Shown here in pieces: positions 1-12,291 of a stretch of DNA of 64,000 bases (positions within the stretch are counted from its first letter, which is position 1; each line of letters begins with the position of its first letter). The notes beneath the pieces were generated by a model that was not told the DNA's origin, ran no database searches, and worked only from the letters and a program-made list of their open reading frames with translations. The position numbers and the translations under genes were made by a program. Origin of the DNA: Octopus sinensis (lineage: Eukaryota); contig NC_043001.1 in assembly GCF_006345805.1 (NCBI RefSeq), positions 55,924,001 through 55,988,000 on the forward strand. Direction: 5' to 3'.

Positions 1-146
1 TATCATTCCAATTCTATACTTTAAATATATAACCTGGAATATTTAGAGCACTGTGTTGTAAGGTTTTGACCTACAATGATGGTTGTCAAAGTATAAAAAT
101 TTTGGCTTTGTTTATGAAATAACATTGTTTTCCTTTTATATCAGCT

Positions 147-169
147 GGGTAGGGTGGGGTGGGGTGGGG
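147..169 (+). other. G-quadruplex-forming motif
   Basis: GGGTAGGGTGGGGTGGGGTGGGG: five G-runs with 1-2 nt loops. Confidence 0.6.
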
Positions 170-859
170 CAGCGTTATATAAGCAGTTATATTTCATATA
201 ACTTCCTTTTTCAATCTGCTGAAGATAGAAATATCACATTGAATATATTTATGTATATGTGTGTGAGTGACAACCATAATTATGTCCAAGAAGATAACAC
301 ACCAAAAACATACATATACACACACATACACATGTATCTATTATATGAAAGTGCAAACGATAAATTCCTGCGGTGTAAAAAATCTGTCACACTGTGGAAA
401 GGGAATGGTAAAAGTGAGTGTGTGCAATGAAGGAAGAGGGAGGGTGTGGTTCTGATGACTGCTACAGCTATTAGCACACATATATTCACACGCACACAAA
501 TGCTCTTGATGCACACATTCACAAACATGTACATGACAATTAGCTGTGTGTGTTTGTGTGTGTGTGAAATTGGGGTAAGTGCATAAGTGCATACGCCATT
601 AGATTTCATATATGTAGGAACTAAAAGTGTTATTTTAATGAAAAATATTGTTTATCCTTAAGTTATGAGTAAAATATTCCATTTTGCTAATTTCAGTCAA
701 ATGTTCAATAAACTTGATTTATTTTGTTATGTTGCCTGAATGTAATTAGGTACTATATATGTTATTTGTGTGTGGATAACTTATAAATAAAACATTTAAA
801 GTGCTCTATTGATCTCTAGTATTTTCTGGTTGTTTCTAATTAAACTGTGGAATATCTAT

Positions 860-872
860 GAGGTCAGCTAGC

Positions 873-925
<53 letters not shown>

Positions 926-1008
926 CATATATATACATAATATACATACATATATATATATATATATAGATATATATATATATATATATATACATATACA
1001 TACATACA

Positions 1009-1070
<62 letters not shown>
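860..1070. repeat. Compound (TA)n/(CA)n/(TACA)n microsatellite
   Basis: Directly visible; source of the YI/HT/CV pseudo-ORFs. Confidence 0.97.
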
Positions 1071-1206
1071 TAGGTGAATGAATTATCCTAGCATGGAAAA
1101 TTCGTTTAACCGATACCTGGGTAGCAAATTCACGTCAGAAAACACGGTTGAAGCGACCTGTCAAGGGTAGAAACTCCGGGTTCTTGTGTGGAAATTTGTG
1201 TGTTTT

Positions 1207-1331
1207 TATATGAATAAATGAAAGAATGGAGTCGAACGAAGATTTTAACAAAATTCCTTTACTCTTGTGTCGAGAGTAAAGGAATTTTGTTAAAATCTTC
1301 GTTCGACTCCATTCTTTCATTTATTCATATA
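1207..1331. repeat. Perfect inverted repeat, 59-bp arms, 7-nt loop
   Basis: 1207-1265 is the exact reverse complement of 1273-1331; loop TGTGTCG. Confidence 0.97.
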
Positions 1332-1519
1332 TATATATACCAAAATAAGCACATAAATGTAAAACCAGGTGGGGAAAAATAGTACTTGATACCGGTGGTA
1401 GAGTAATATGCTTTAGACTCTTCACGGGAACATGAAACTCTGAGCAGAAGTTTACTGTGATATTTTTGTGATGTTTTTGCAGATTTAATTATAATGATAA
1501 TGTATATATATATATATAT

Positions 1520-1665
1520 ATCATCATCATCATCATCATCATCATCAATTAACGTCCGCTTTCCATGCTAGCATGGGTTGGACGGTTCAACTGGGGTCTG
1601 GGGAGCCCGAAAGCTGCACCAGTCCAGTCAGATCTGGCAGTGTTTCTACAGCTGGATGCCCTTCC
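1520..1665 (-). mobile_element. 5'-truncated RTE LINE 3' end with (GAT)n tail
   Basis: (CAT)n followed by TTAACGTCCGCTTTCCATGCTAGCATGGG...; same 3' end as the RT-bearing copy at 22704-24056. Confidence 0.85.
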
Positions 1666-1777
1666 TATATATATATATGTATGTATGTATACACACACAC
1701 ACAGATATATCTATATAGATGTAGCTATATACTCACATATATACATATATATATTATTATTACTGTTGTTAGCACCT

Positions 1778-1960
1778 AGGCAAAATGCTTCGTAGCATTT
1801 CGCCTGTCTTTACATTAGGAGTTCAGATTCTGCCGAGGTTGACTTTGTCTTTCATCCTTTTGGGGGTTGATAAACTAAGTACCATTTGAGCACTGGGGTC
1901 TATATAATCAAGTTACCCCTTCCCCAAAGTTGCTGACCTTGTGCCAAAATTTGAAACCAT
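1778..1960 (+). mobile_element. tRNA-derived SINE, Deu/Nin-like core (family B), 5'-truncated
   Basis: GAGTTCAGATTC B-box plus GACTTTGTCTTTCATCCTTT..GGGGTTGATAAA..AAGTACC core; about 10 copies in the window. Confidence 0.8.
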
Positions 1961-1974
1961 TATTATTATTATTA

Positions 1975-2353
1975 TGCTGGTGTCACGTAACTGTCACTTA
2001 TGCTGGTGGCATGTAAAAAGCACCTTTTGAGCATTGGGCCTCATGGACACAAGGTGAATAATGCCAGTGGCACGTAAAAAGCATCTTTTGAGTGTTGGGC
2101 CTCAAAGAGGCAATGACAAATGACAGACCTTTGGCATGATGCAGTGCTTGAGAAGAAGACCCATCAAACCAAGTGAATTTGTAGTCGTGGCACCCATTAC
2201 CCTTTCAGAGTGGTTGGTGTTAGGAAGGGCATCCAGCCATAGAAACTATGCCAAACCAGACTAGAGTCTGGTACAGCTTTCCAGCTTGCTAGCCCTGGTC
2301 AAACCATCCAACCCATGCCAGCATGGACACAGGATGTTAAATGATGATGATGA
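1975..2353 (+). mobile_element. RTE-type 3'UTR remnant with repeated TGGCACGTAAAAAGCA motif and (GAT)n tail
   Basis: Two TGGCA(T/C)GTAAAAAGCA motifs, GAGTGGTTGGTGTTAGGAAGGGCATCCAG core, GATGATGAT tail. Confidence 0.75.
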
Positions 2354-3394
2354 TTATTATTATATTATATTTTGCTATGAGCAAAGAAAGACACAGTTGT
2401 ATGACTAAAACGTTCACTTCACAACCACATGATTCTGAGTTTTATCCCATTGTGGAGCACTTTGGTGTCTTCCGTTATAATATAGGATGACTTATATATT
2501 GTGAGTGAAATTTAATTGAAGAAAACAACATGGAAGCTGGTCACATATCATCATCATTGTGTGTATGTGTGTCACAGGCTTTGCTTGTTTTTATGTAACT
2601 AAGTTTTGTGTCAAAGAATGCAAGTTATTGATTTGATAACTGTAGATTGATAAAATATTTACCAGACAAATATGAATGGGTGGGGATGACATGATTGACT
2701 AAAGCCTTAGTATGGCTGTAGCCAAATGACTGAGAGTAGTAAGAGTATATTTCTTGACTGATCTTTAGTTATTCCATTTGCATTATATTTTATTTTATAT
2801 TATATTATCACTCTTGTTATATCTAAGTCTATTAAGTCCTCTTCTAAACGGTGCATGAAGCATACAAGTCGTTATTTTGATTGCTGCTGTTTCATGTGCT
2901 CTTAATAAATTAATTACTATTTGACAAAGCTACAGCACATATCAGCAAATATATTTTCTGTTGTTTACATATAAGAACAGGAGTTCCGACCAGGCTATGA
3001 ATGACTGAAATGGAGTGTATTAAATATAAATGTACACATCATTATTCTGATCACCACTGCTTCATTTGCTTTTAAAAAAACTCCATATTTTCTTTTACTT
3101 TATGTTGTATATGTTAGATTTATTTTCTCTCTTTGTTTACTTCAAAGTTATATCCCCGAAAGCCTGTTCTGTCATTGCGTATTCCCAATGATTAGATACT
3201 GCACTTAGATGAACTAAAATTGTAATGCCAGATTAATGTTGCATTTATCCATCATATATCTATCATGTAACTCCTAGAATATAAGCATTCTGATTTATAT
3301 TCTCCAAGCAGAGAAGACTGTAGGTATTCTTTATTACCTTTTTGAGGGGTTATTTCTCATTGACATAAAAATCATGCCAAAACTGACCTTGCCT

Positions 3395-3580
3395 ATGCTA
3401 CTGTCATGTAAAAAGCACTAAGTCCACTCTGCTGAGTGGTTGGTGTTAGGAAGGGCATTCAGCCATAAAAATCCCTGCCAAAACAGACATAGTAGCTTGG
3501 GGTAGTCTTCTTCCTGGCTGGCTCCTGTCATCTGTCCTTCCCATGCATGTTAAACGATGATGATGATGATGATGATGATA
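3395..3580 (+). mobile_element. RTE LINE 3' end
   Basis: Same core and (GAT)n tail at 3556-3579. Confidence 0.75.
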
Positions 3581-3726
3581 AGCTTTTTACATTCCTACTT
3601 CAAATCCAACCAAGGTCAACTTTGCCTATCATCCCTCCATTATTGATAATAAAGAACCAGCCAAATAGTGGTGATGACATATTCAGTATGTACATCCCTC
3701 AAGTTTCAAGACTTGTTTATGTTTTT

Positions 3727-4031
3727 GTTGTTTGTTCCTTCTCAAGCCATGCCTGGCTCATAGGGTGGGTCTCTCGGTTTTCTTGGCGTATAGGTTCCCC
3801 ACCTGGACGGGACGCTGGTCCGCCGCAGGTGAGCTGCAAGATGCAGCAGGAAAGAGTTAGAGAAAGTTGTGGCGAAAGAGTCAACAGAAGTTCGCCATTA
3901 CCTTCTGCTGGAGCCGCATGGATCTTAGGTGTTTTCGCTCATAAACACACACATCGCCCGGTCTAAGATTCGAACCTACGATCCCTCGACCACGAGTCCG
4001 CTGCTCTAACCATTAGGCTATGTGCCTCCAC
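3727..4031 (-). mobile_element. Full-length tRNA-derived SINE with V-like domain (family C), CpG-rich (young)
   Basis: Minus strand: A-box TAGCCTAATGG, B-box GGTTCGAATC, GGACCAGCGTCCCGTCCAGGTG motif, AAAC tail. Confidence 0.8.
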
Positions 4032-4506
4032 GTTTCAAGACTTGCACCTATGCCTAAAGAAATTATTGCTTATGAATCAGTCACTCAATTAGTGGTTGAT
4101 TCATTTTTTGGACTGCTCCTGTTCAACTTATAACAATCACCCATGATGTCAATAATTTATATGTGAATATATATTCTGTGCTAAACAAATGAATAACAGT
4201 GGCTGATGAGATGACTATTCACTGAACCATGTAAATGTTCCGTGGGGTAACTTATTGTAGATATTTTATATATTCTTTGTGTGGTATATTTGAGGTGCAT
4301 TCTTCCCTCTTGTTTAGTTCACAGACACAAAGTTATAGCACCACCTGCCTGCTCAACTGTTGTGCAGTCACAGTGGTTAAATATTTTGCTTAAATAATCT
4401 GATATTGCACTGCTTGTACACATGTGCACCTATCTATAGAGTGTGCATATAAACATACACATGTACACATACATATATATCCACACATACATCCCTATAC
4501 ATACAC

Positions 4507-4554
<48 letters not shown>

Positions 4555-4621
4555 TCTAAATATATATAAGATACAAACATATATATATACTCACACACAC
4601 ATATATATACGCATACATAGG

Positions 4622-4815
4622 TATTAAGTCGATTACTTCGACCCCAGTGCGTAACTGGTACTTAATTTATCAATCCCGAAAAGATGTAAGGCAAAGTCGA
4701 CCTTGGTGGAATTTGAACTCAGAACGTAACGACAGACGAAATATGGCTATGCATTTCGCCCGGTGCGCTAATGTTTCTGCCAGCTCACCGCCTTATGCCA
4801 GCTTGCCGCCTTAGT
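4622..4815 (-). mobile_element. Family B (Deu/Nin-like) SINE
   Basis: Reverse complement of GGCGGTGAGCTGGCAGAAAC...GAGTTCAAATTCC..AAGGTCGACTTTGCC; the head is locally duplicated. Confidence 0.85.
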
Positions 4816-5577
4816 AAGCTAAGATATACCATCTCACTACTAAATTATCTCATGCCTGAAGTTAAACACATAAGAGCTGTCACACACTCACTCACACACT
4901 GGCTCATTAATTAGCAGATATTTCTGTTGATCGAATCAAGCAACTGGATTTCTTAAGAGACCAACAGATGAACTATTTAATTCCACTGTTTTATTATGCT
5001 TGATTATATGTCGAGATGGCATTATACTTGTTGCTGTTGTGTTGTCATGCTGTGAATAAGCACCCTTGTGGCAAAGTAAGATATGTCTTTTTGCTAGGGT
5101 TTACTCTTTCCACATTCCAGACACATTCAATTACCCCCATTCACTCACCACTGCCAAAACATTTTCTTTTGTTGCTGCTAGAGCCCCTCAGCAAATCTAA
5201 TATCCTCTAACACTTGTTCAAGATTATCTTCTCAAGTACTTATAAAGAGTCAGGCTTCTATATCATCCTCAACTCTTAGTAATAGTGTGTTTGTATGTGT
5301 AAGCTTGTGTCTATGTACACGTAATGCACATGTGTGTGTATGTGTGTGTGCGTAAATTCATACTTATGTCTATCACTCACTTCACTGATCTAACTTTCCT
5401 GTAATATCTGTGTGTGTATATGTGTGTGTGTATGCATGTATGTACTTCCCAACTACATAGTTCTGGGTTCAGTCCCACTTTGTGGTACATTGGGCAAGTG
5501 TCTTTTACAGTAGCTTCAGGTTGATCAAAGTGCTGAGAGTGGGTTTCCCTCTATCTGACTTGCTAACTAGCTAGCTA

Positions 5578-5880
5578 TATCATCATCATCATCATTCAAC
5601 ATCCGTTTTCCATGCTGGCATGGGTTGGATGGTTTGACAGGAGCTAACAAGCTAGAGGGCTGTGCTAGGCTCCACTCATTTGCATTGACATAGTTTCTAT
5701 GGCTGGATGCTCTTCCTAATGCCAACCACTTTACAGAGAGTACTGGGTGGCTCTTATGAAGCACTAGCATGGGTGCTCTTTACTTTACCCTGACACAGGT
5801 GCTCTCTTATGTGGCATTGACACAAGTGCTTTTGACATGGCATTAGCACAGGCCCTCTTTATGTTGCTCCAGCACCGGCA
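5578..5880 (-). mobile_element. RTE LINE 3' end, degraded
   Basis: (CAT)n plus TTCCATGCTGGCATGGGTTGG core, degenerate 3'UTR repeats. Confidence 0.7.
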
Positions 5881-6654
5881 TAGCTGCTTTATACACACAC
5901 ATTATTTAGGTCCTTGTACCTAAATATGCCATCAATTATCAATATGTATTTCATTCCAAAACTGAAAATAAATGTATTTTTAAAGTCTAGAACCAACCCT
6001 AATATGTTACTTGTAGTTGGCTTATATACACTACTTTATATATAGTAACTTGAACATTGTCATGATAATTAGTGAGGCTACGTTGGAATTCCACATTCCA
6101 CTCAATATAGTTCCATTCCATATGGTAGAACAATTATTGACACAGAAACATGCAAAGACGTCTTATAACAGATGTGTGACATACATGTTCATCTGTGAGA
6201 TTGTTCATTTAACACTCACTTTCTGTGGTAGCATGGGTAATATATATATATATATATATCTTTATACATACATATATATGTGTGTGTGTGTGTGTGTATG
6301 CACATATATACATACACAAATATTCATGTGTGTATGCGTGTGCATGTCTACAAATGTGGGTCTGTATGTTGGTGTGTACATGGGAATGAACAGGATTATA
6401 TATATATATATCCAAATCTAAGGTTTAGGTTGAGTTGGTTTTCTTGACAGACTCTGCTCTTCAGCAGATTCTTCTCCAACTACTAAAATTGATGATTGGA
6501 AACTGTGTTCCACCTATACAATTCTTTGTCCTGTATATTTAGCATACATCAGATTATACTCACTTCTGATGCAACTGTGTCTTGCATAGTGAAAGAGATA
6601 TAAGCATTATATAACCAAACATCATAGTATGAAAATAAAGCGGAAGAAAGTACC

Positions 6655-6808
6655 ATCATCATCAATATGATTGTCATCATTTAACATCCGTTTTCCATGC
6701 TGGCATGGGCTGGACAGCTTGACAGGAGCTGGCAAGCTAGAAGACTGCACCAGGCTTCACTGTCTGCTTTGACACAATTTTTATGGCTGGATGCCCTTCC
6801 TAATGGCA
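6655..6808 (-). mobile_element. RTE LINE 3' end, degraded
   Basis: Same core as the other RTE 3' ends. Confidence 0.7.
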
Positions 6809-7261
6809 TAGATAGTTAATTCCAGATGAACCTTCATCAAACTGAAGTAAGATCAGCTGCATTCTAACCATGATTGTCCCATTATTTTGTGGGCACACTG
6901 AACCTAGGCCTATGTAATCCAATACGATCTTCCATGTTTATGTTGTTTGTGACCAGTGCTATTTCAGCTCAGATTAAGTACACCATGAATAAAGCAGTGA
7001 ATCTGCTGTTATTTATTCACCAGTACTGTACTGGGGATTATGTTATCTAATTTGTCAAAATTCATGTCTTCTTGTGGTACACAAACAGTTACGTTTATAA
7101 CATTTTTTTTATTAATTTGTGACTTTTCTGATATAGCCATCACTGGTTTCTTTGGATTCTAGTATGATTTGTTTTTTTGATTTTTTGTTGTTTGTGGATA
7201 GAGTTTATTGCTGTTGTTATCATTAAGTAGACACAGTGATATTCTGCATGAAGCCAAAGGG

Positions 7262-7570
7262 TAAAGACCCCCTTTGGTCATGAATGACCATGGGATTGCA
7301 CCTAGAAAGTTTCTCTTTGAGTCACAACTCTGGCCAAGGCTGTTTATGGAAGACAAGCAGTCACCCATGCATACCAGCCTCCCCTCAAGAGAAAAGCAAA
7401 GGCCAATACAACTTTGCACCAATGATGTCACACTCATTTTTACAGCTGGGTCAACTGGAGCAATGTGAAATAAAGCGTTGTGCTCAAGAATACAACACAG
7501 CCTGGTCCGTAAATTGAACTCACTACCACATGATTGCAAACCCAATGCTCTAACCACTGTGCCATGAGGC
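7262..7570 (-). mobile_element. tRNA-derived SINE (family D)
   Basis: Minus strand begins with a tRNA-like ATGGCACAGTGGTTAGAGC...GAGTTCAATT head, then the TTCTTGAGCACAACGC core. Confidence 0.7.
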
Positions 7571-8097
7571 ACAACTTTCAGATCTGACAGAGGTAGATGT
7601 CTGTATGTTATTGTTCTTTAACTCTACAGGATGGTAGGATGTGATTTGAAAGAGATTTTGCTGGTGTTTCTAGCAGGTTGAAAACACTGTTATTTTACTT
7701 GGTGTTGCATTATTGAAAGGGGAACTGTAATACAAGCAGAGATGAAATGGTTTGTTCTTCAACATTTGTGAACCATAACCAGTAACACTGCTGAGTACAT
7801 TAACCACAACACTGTACAGAAAGTAGACTGCATGATGATAATTTATGTGGAGCAGTAAACTCACCGGTAGCAGCTGCACAGCTAACTGTACACACAATAC
7901 GCATATATATATATATATATATACACACATACATATATATATACATACATTTACATATCTATACATGTATATGCATATACATACACAGTGTAGGCACATT
8001 CCACTTAGTATGAGATCAAGCTCAAATTCACAGCCTCTACATCAAACTGGTTGGTGGAGAGAACATGCTGAGGCCTATGTCCTGCAGTGGACCGATC

Positions 8098-8139
<42 letters not shown>

Positions 8140-8670
8140 ATGTATATGTGTATATATATATATAAGACATGGGGTTGATTTCTTCGACTAAAGGCAGTGC
8201 TCCAGCATGGCCACATGTAGTAAAAGTGTAAAACAGCATGCACACACACATGTACATAGACACATATATGGGTGGCACAAAATTCAGCAACTATTTTGGA
8301 AAAAGGAATTTATGAAACACAAATATAAGATAAGGAAATATGCATTTCACATGAAATTACTAAAAATTTTTAATAAAATTGAACCCCTATAGCTTAATGC
8401 ATTGATGTTGAGTCATAAAATATATATTCATATATATATACATATATATATATACTCACGCACACAGATATAAACATGCTTAAAATGTTCATTATATATA
8501 CATATGTGTGTGTGTGTGTGTTCATGCATGTGGAGTTATTTCATCTTTACACTATTTGTTTAAAAGAAATTTTTAAACTTTTTATGTCATATTTTAAAAT
8601 TCTATTTAGCCCTTTACTTAATACAATTTTAAGCTACTTTCCAGTATTCAATATTATTTTTCTTTTACAG

Positions 8671-8704
8671 ATGAATGTTCAGGAATTCTACAAGACAGCT
8701 TAGG
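8671..8704 (+). CDS. Candidate 34-nt internal exon (xECSGILQDSLG)
   Basis: Acceptor ATTATTTTTCTTTTACAG, donor AGG|GTAAGT, one open frame; no recognisable homology. Confidence 0.2.
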
Positions 8705-8766
8705 GTAAGTGCATTGCCTTATGACTATCTAATTCTTATAATTCTGTTTGTGTGTGTATACATACT

Positions 8767-8816
<50 letters not shown>

Positions 8817-8830
8817 TACATATACATACA

Positions 8831-8870
<40 letters not shown>

Positions 8871-8892
8871 TACATATACATATATGTATATA

Positions 8893-8932
<40 letters not shown>

Positions 8933-9257
8933 CACATATATATATATATATATAGAAATACATACACATATATGATTGTGCGCATGAGTGTATGTATACA
9001 CACACACACACATACACGAATAAAATATTTTGGGGAGCAATGCTCACACACACAGTACCCCACCACACGAATGTACCATCATTGTCATCATTATTATTCA
9101 ATGTACACATTCCATTATTCAATGCTGTCATGAGTCGGATAGTGGACTGCATTGTGCTCCATTGTCTACCTTGACATGGTTTCTATGGTTGGATGCCATT
9201 CCTAATGCTAATCATTTCACAGTGTATACTGACTACCTTTTTTTTAATACCTATTTC

Positions 9258-9485
9258 TTTACTGCCCACAAGGGGCTAAACACAGAGAGGACAAACAAGG
9301 ACAGACAAATGAATTAAGTCGATTACATCGACCCCAGTGCGTAAATGGCACTTATTTAATCGACCCCGAAAGGATGAAAGGCAAAGTCGACCATGGCGGA
9401 ATTTGAACTCAGAATGTAGCGACAGACGAAATATTGCTAAGCATTTCGCCTGGCGTGCTAACGATTCTGCCAGCTTGCCGCCTTA
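9258..9485 (-). mobile_element. Family B SINE with long 3' tail
   Basis: Core plus ...GCCCCTTGTGGGCAGTAAAGAAATAGGTA tail, as at 61790-61910. Confidence 0.85.
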
Positions 9486-9636
9486 TGCCTTTTTTTAATA
9501 CCACCAACCACCAATGAGGTTGCCATGCAAGGTGATGAACCTCAAGAGAAATGACTTTATGCAAGGAAATGATGGGTTAAAGTATTAGTGAAAGGGCTAG
9601 AATAGAACACATGTTTTTGCTGCAAAGAGGCTACAT

Positions 9637-9894
9637 CAATGGTTCTCAACCAGGATCCATGTGGCCCATGGACCTCCATAAAAGATGTTGCTAAAATTTA
9701 GTTGCAATAAATTGGTTCTACTTCCACAATGCACAAAATATTTTAACATTTTTTTAGCACAATTCCTACTATTATTTAATTACAAAAATATTATATGATT
9801 TTTTTTAAAACATTGAATGGCTAGGAGGGTCCATGTGAGTAATATAGGAATCAAAGGAGTTCATAGGTAAAAAAAAAAGGGTTAAGAAACACTG
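9637..9894. mobile_element. hAT-type MITE
   Basis: TIRs CAATGGTTCTCAACC / (rc) CAGTGTTTCTTAACC; degenerate 8-bp flanks GGCTACAT / AGCTGTAA. Confidence 0.7.
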
Positions 9895-10249
9895 AGCTGT
9901 AATATAAGTTACTCATAGTTCACAAGAGAAGTGAGTGTGTGTGTGTGGGTGGATCAGGTTGGTGCTAGCAAGAGTAAAAAGATATTGGTGATGATGTGTC
10001 TGGGTGGACCCTCATGGTATCAGGTGAATAGCAGTAAGGGATACAGAGGATCAAGGAGTGTGGATGGGTAGAGGTCACAAAAGTGTGTGGGTAAAGTGGG
10101 AGGTAGGGTGGGAATATAATGAATGAAGAACAAATGTTTAGGGGTGGATGTAGTGAATGGTGGATAAGGGATGGAGGTGTCCAATGATGCATGGGGATGA
10201 AGAGCTGCAGAATAGTAATGTTGATACTGTAATCAGTGGGGTGGGGATG

Positions 10250-10460
10250 ACTGTGTGAGAAAGAGAGACAGAAAGAGAGAGATAGACAGAAAGGGAGAGG
10301 GAGAGAGACACAGATAGAGAGAGTGAAAAAGAGAGTAAGGGTGAGACAGTGTGAGAGAGTGAGACAAAAGAGTGAGATAGAGAGTAAAAGTGAGAAAGAG
10401 TAAGAGAATAAGAGTGGGAGAGGGTGTACGAGAGAGAGAAAGTGGGGTAGGGGAGAAAAC
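10250..10460. repeat. Imperfect (GA)n purine tract
   Basis: Directly visible. Confidence 0.9.
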
Positions 10461-10994
10461 GAAAGAGAGATGACTTCAGTAGGTTGCTAGTGTGTGTATG
10501 TGAAGAAGAAAGGCAAGCAGCATATGTGGCGAAAGCAAGAGCTGTATGGGGGTGGAAAGAAAAGGGGAGATTATTTGGTGGCTCAGAGGGTGTGATCAGC
10601 AGAAAATGTATAAGGATGAAAGATGGTGTATAAAGTGAAATGATTCCATGCAATGAGAAAAATTAGAGGAATCAAAGGAGAAGCTGAAGTTCTGACAGAT
10701 AATGGGGGTGCCTTGGGGAAGAAAACTGGTTGAGGGGTCCTTTTGTGTAAATAGAGATACATTATATATAGTTGAAATTTATAGAAAAACAAAAGACAAA
10801 GACAGGTGTATGAACAACAAGCAGGTGTGTCAGTTTGATACTCAGGAAAATGAAAAAGTGTTTTACGTTTTGAGCCTATGCTCTTCAACAAAAAAGAATA
10901 AGAGAAAATAAAGAGAGGGAGAATGAAAAAAGCTTGTAGATTTAGTGGTCAAGCATGGTGATGTATGGAGTATATATATATATATATATATATA

Positions 10995-12205
10995 TCATCA
11001 TCATCATCATCATCATTTAACGTCCGCTTTCCATGCTAGCATGGGTTGGACGGTTCAACTGGTGTCTGGGGAGCCCGAAGGCTGCACCAGGCCAGTCAGA
11101 TCTGGCAGTGTTTCTACAGCTGGATGCCCTTCCTAACGCCAACCACTCCGAGAGTGTAGTGGGTGATTTTATGTGCCACCGACACAGGTGCCAGACAAGG
11201 CTAGCAGACGACCACGCTCGGATGGTGTTTTTATGTGCCACCGACACAGGTACCAGACGAGGTGGCGAACGGCCATGCTCGGATGGTATTATGTGCCACC
11301 GACACAGGTGCCAGACAAGGCTAGCAGACGACCACGCTCGGATGGTGTTTTTTATGTGCCACGACACAGGTGCCAGACGACTGGCGAGGACTGCTCGAAT
11401 GGCCACGCCGGATGGTGTTTTTATGTGCCACAGACACAGGTGCCAGGCAAGGCTAGCAGACGACAAAGATCGGGGTGTTTGTATGTGCCACCGACACAGG
11501 TGCCAGACGAGGCTGGCGAACGGCCATGCTCGGATGGTGATTTATGTGCCACCGACACAGGTGCCAGACAAGGCTAGCAGACGACCACGCTCGGATGGTG
11601 TTTTTTATGTGCCACCGACACAGGTGCCAGACGAGGCTGGCGAATGGCCACGCTCGGATGGTGTTTTTATGTGCCCCCGCACAGGTGCCAGGCAAGGCTA
11701 GCAGACGACCACGCTCGGATGGTTTTTTTATGTGCCACCGAACAGGTGCCAGACGAGGCTGGCGAACGCCACGCTCGGATGTGTTTTTATTGCCACCACA
11801 CAGATGCCAGACAAGGCTAGCAGACGACCACGCTCGGATGGTGTTTTTTATGTGCCACCGACACAGTGCCAGACGAGGCTGGCGAACGGATGGTGTTTTT
11901 TATGTGCCACCGACACAGGTGCCAGACAAGGCTAGCAGACGACCACGCTCGGATGTGTTTTTTTTTTTTATGTGCCACCGACACAGGGGCCAGATTAGGC
12001 GGCGATCGGCCACGAATGGATGTGATTGTTTACGTGCCCACAGCATGGAGGCCAGGTCGGTGCGGTACTGGCTACGGCCACGTTCGGATGGTATTCTTGT
12101 GTGCCACCGGCACTGGTACCACAAAGATACAAATTCCATTGATGTTCATCTATTTTGATTTTGTTTGATTTTCACTTGCCTCAACAGGTCTTCACAAGTG
12201 TCACT
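10995..12205 (-). mobile_element. RTE LINE 3' end with expanded internal 3'UTR tandem array
   Basis: (CAT)n at 10995, core to 11160, array 11165-12120; the 12120-12205 segment matches the 3'UTR start of the copy at 23660-23760. Confidence 0.88.
11165..12120. repeat. About 60-bp minisatellite, 16 units, A/B alternating higher-order repeat
   Basis: 16 T-run+GTGCCACC starts; 13 strictly alternating A (ACAAGGCTAGCAGACGACC) and B (ACGAGGCTGGCGAA) units plus 3 diverged terminal units. Confidence 0.97.
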
Positions 12206-12291
12206 ATATATATATATGCATTTTGTGTGATTTGATAAACAATGCTGATTATACAATTCTGTAAATAGTAATTAATAATCTATAAGCTTAT

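Noticed and set aside
3960-4031. tRNA genes (also heads at 13856-13929, 12360, 47003 etc.)
   Set aside because: Acceptor stems do not close and each continues into SINE body sequence; these are SINE heads, not tRNAs
11165-12120. CRISPR-like repeat-spacer array
   Set aside because: The 'spacers' are only two recurring, mutually related sequences, the array is embedded in a LINE 3'UTR, the context is eukaryotic and there are no cas genes
11033-12158. Long ORFs (222 aa, 204 aa, etc.)
   Set aside because: They are translations of the GC-rich tandem array in several frames; not a gene
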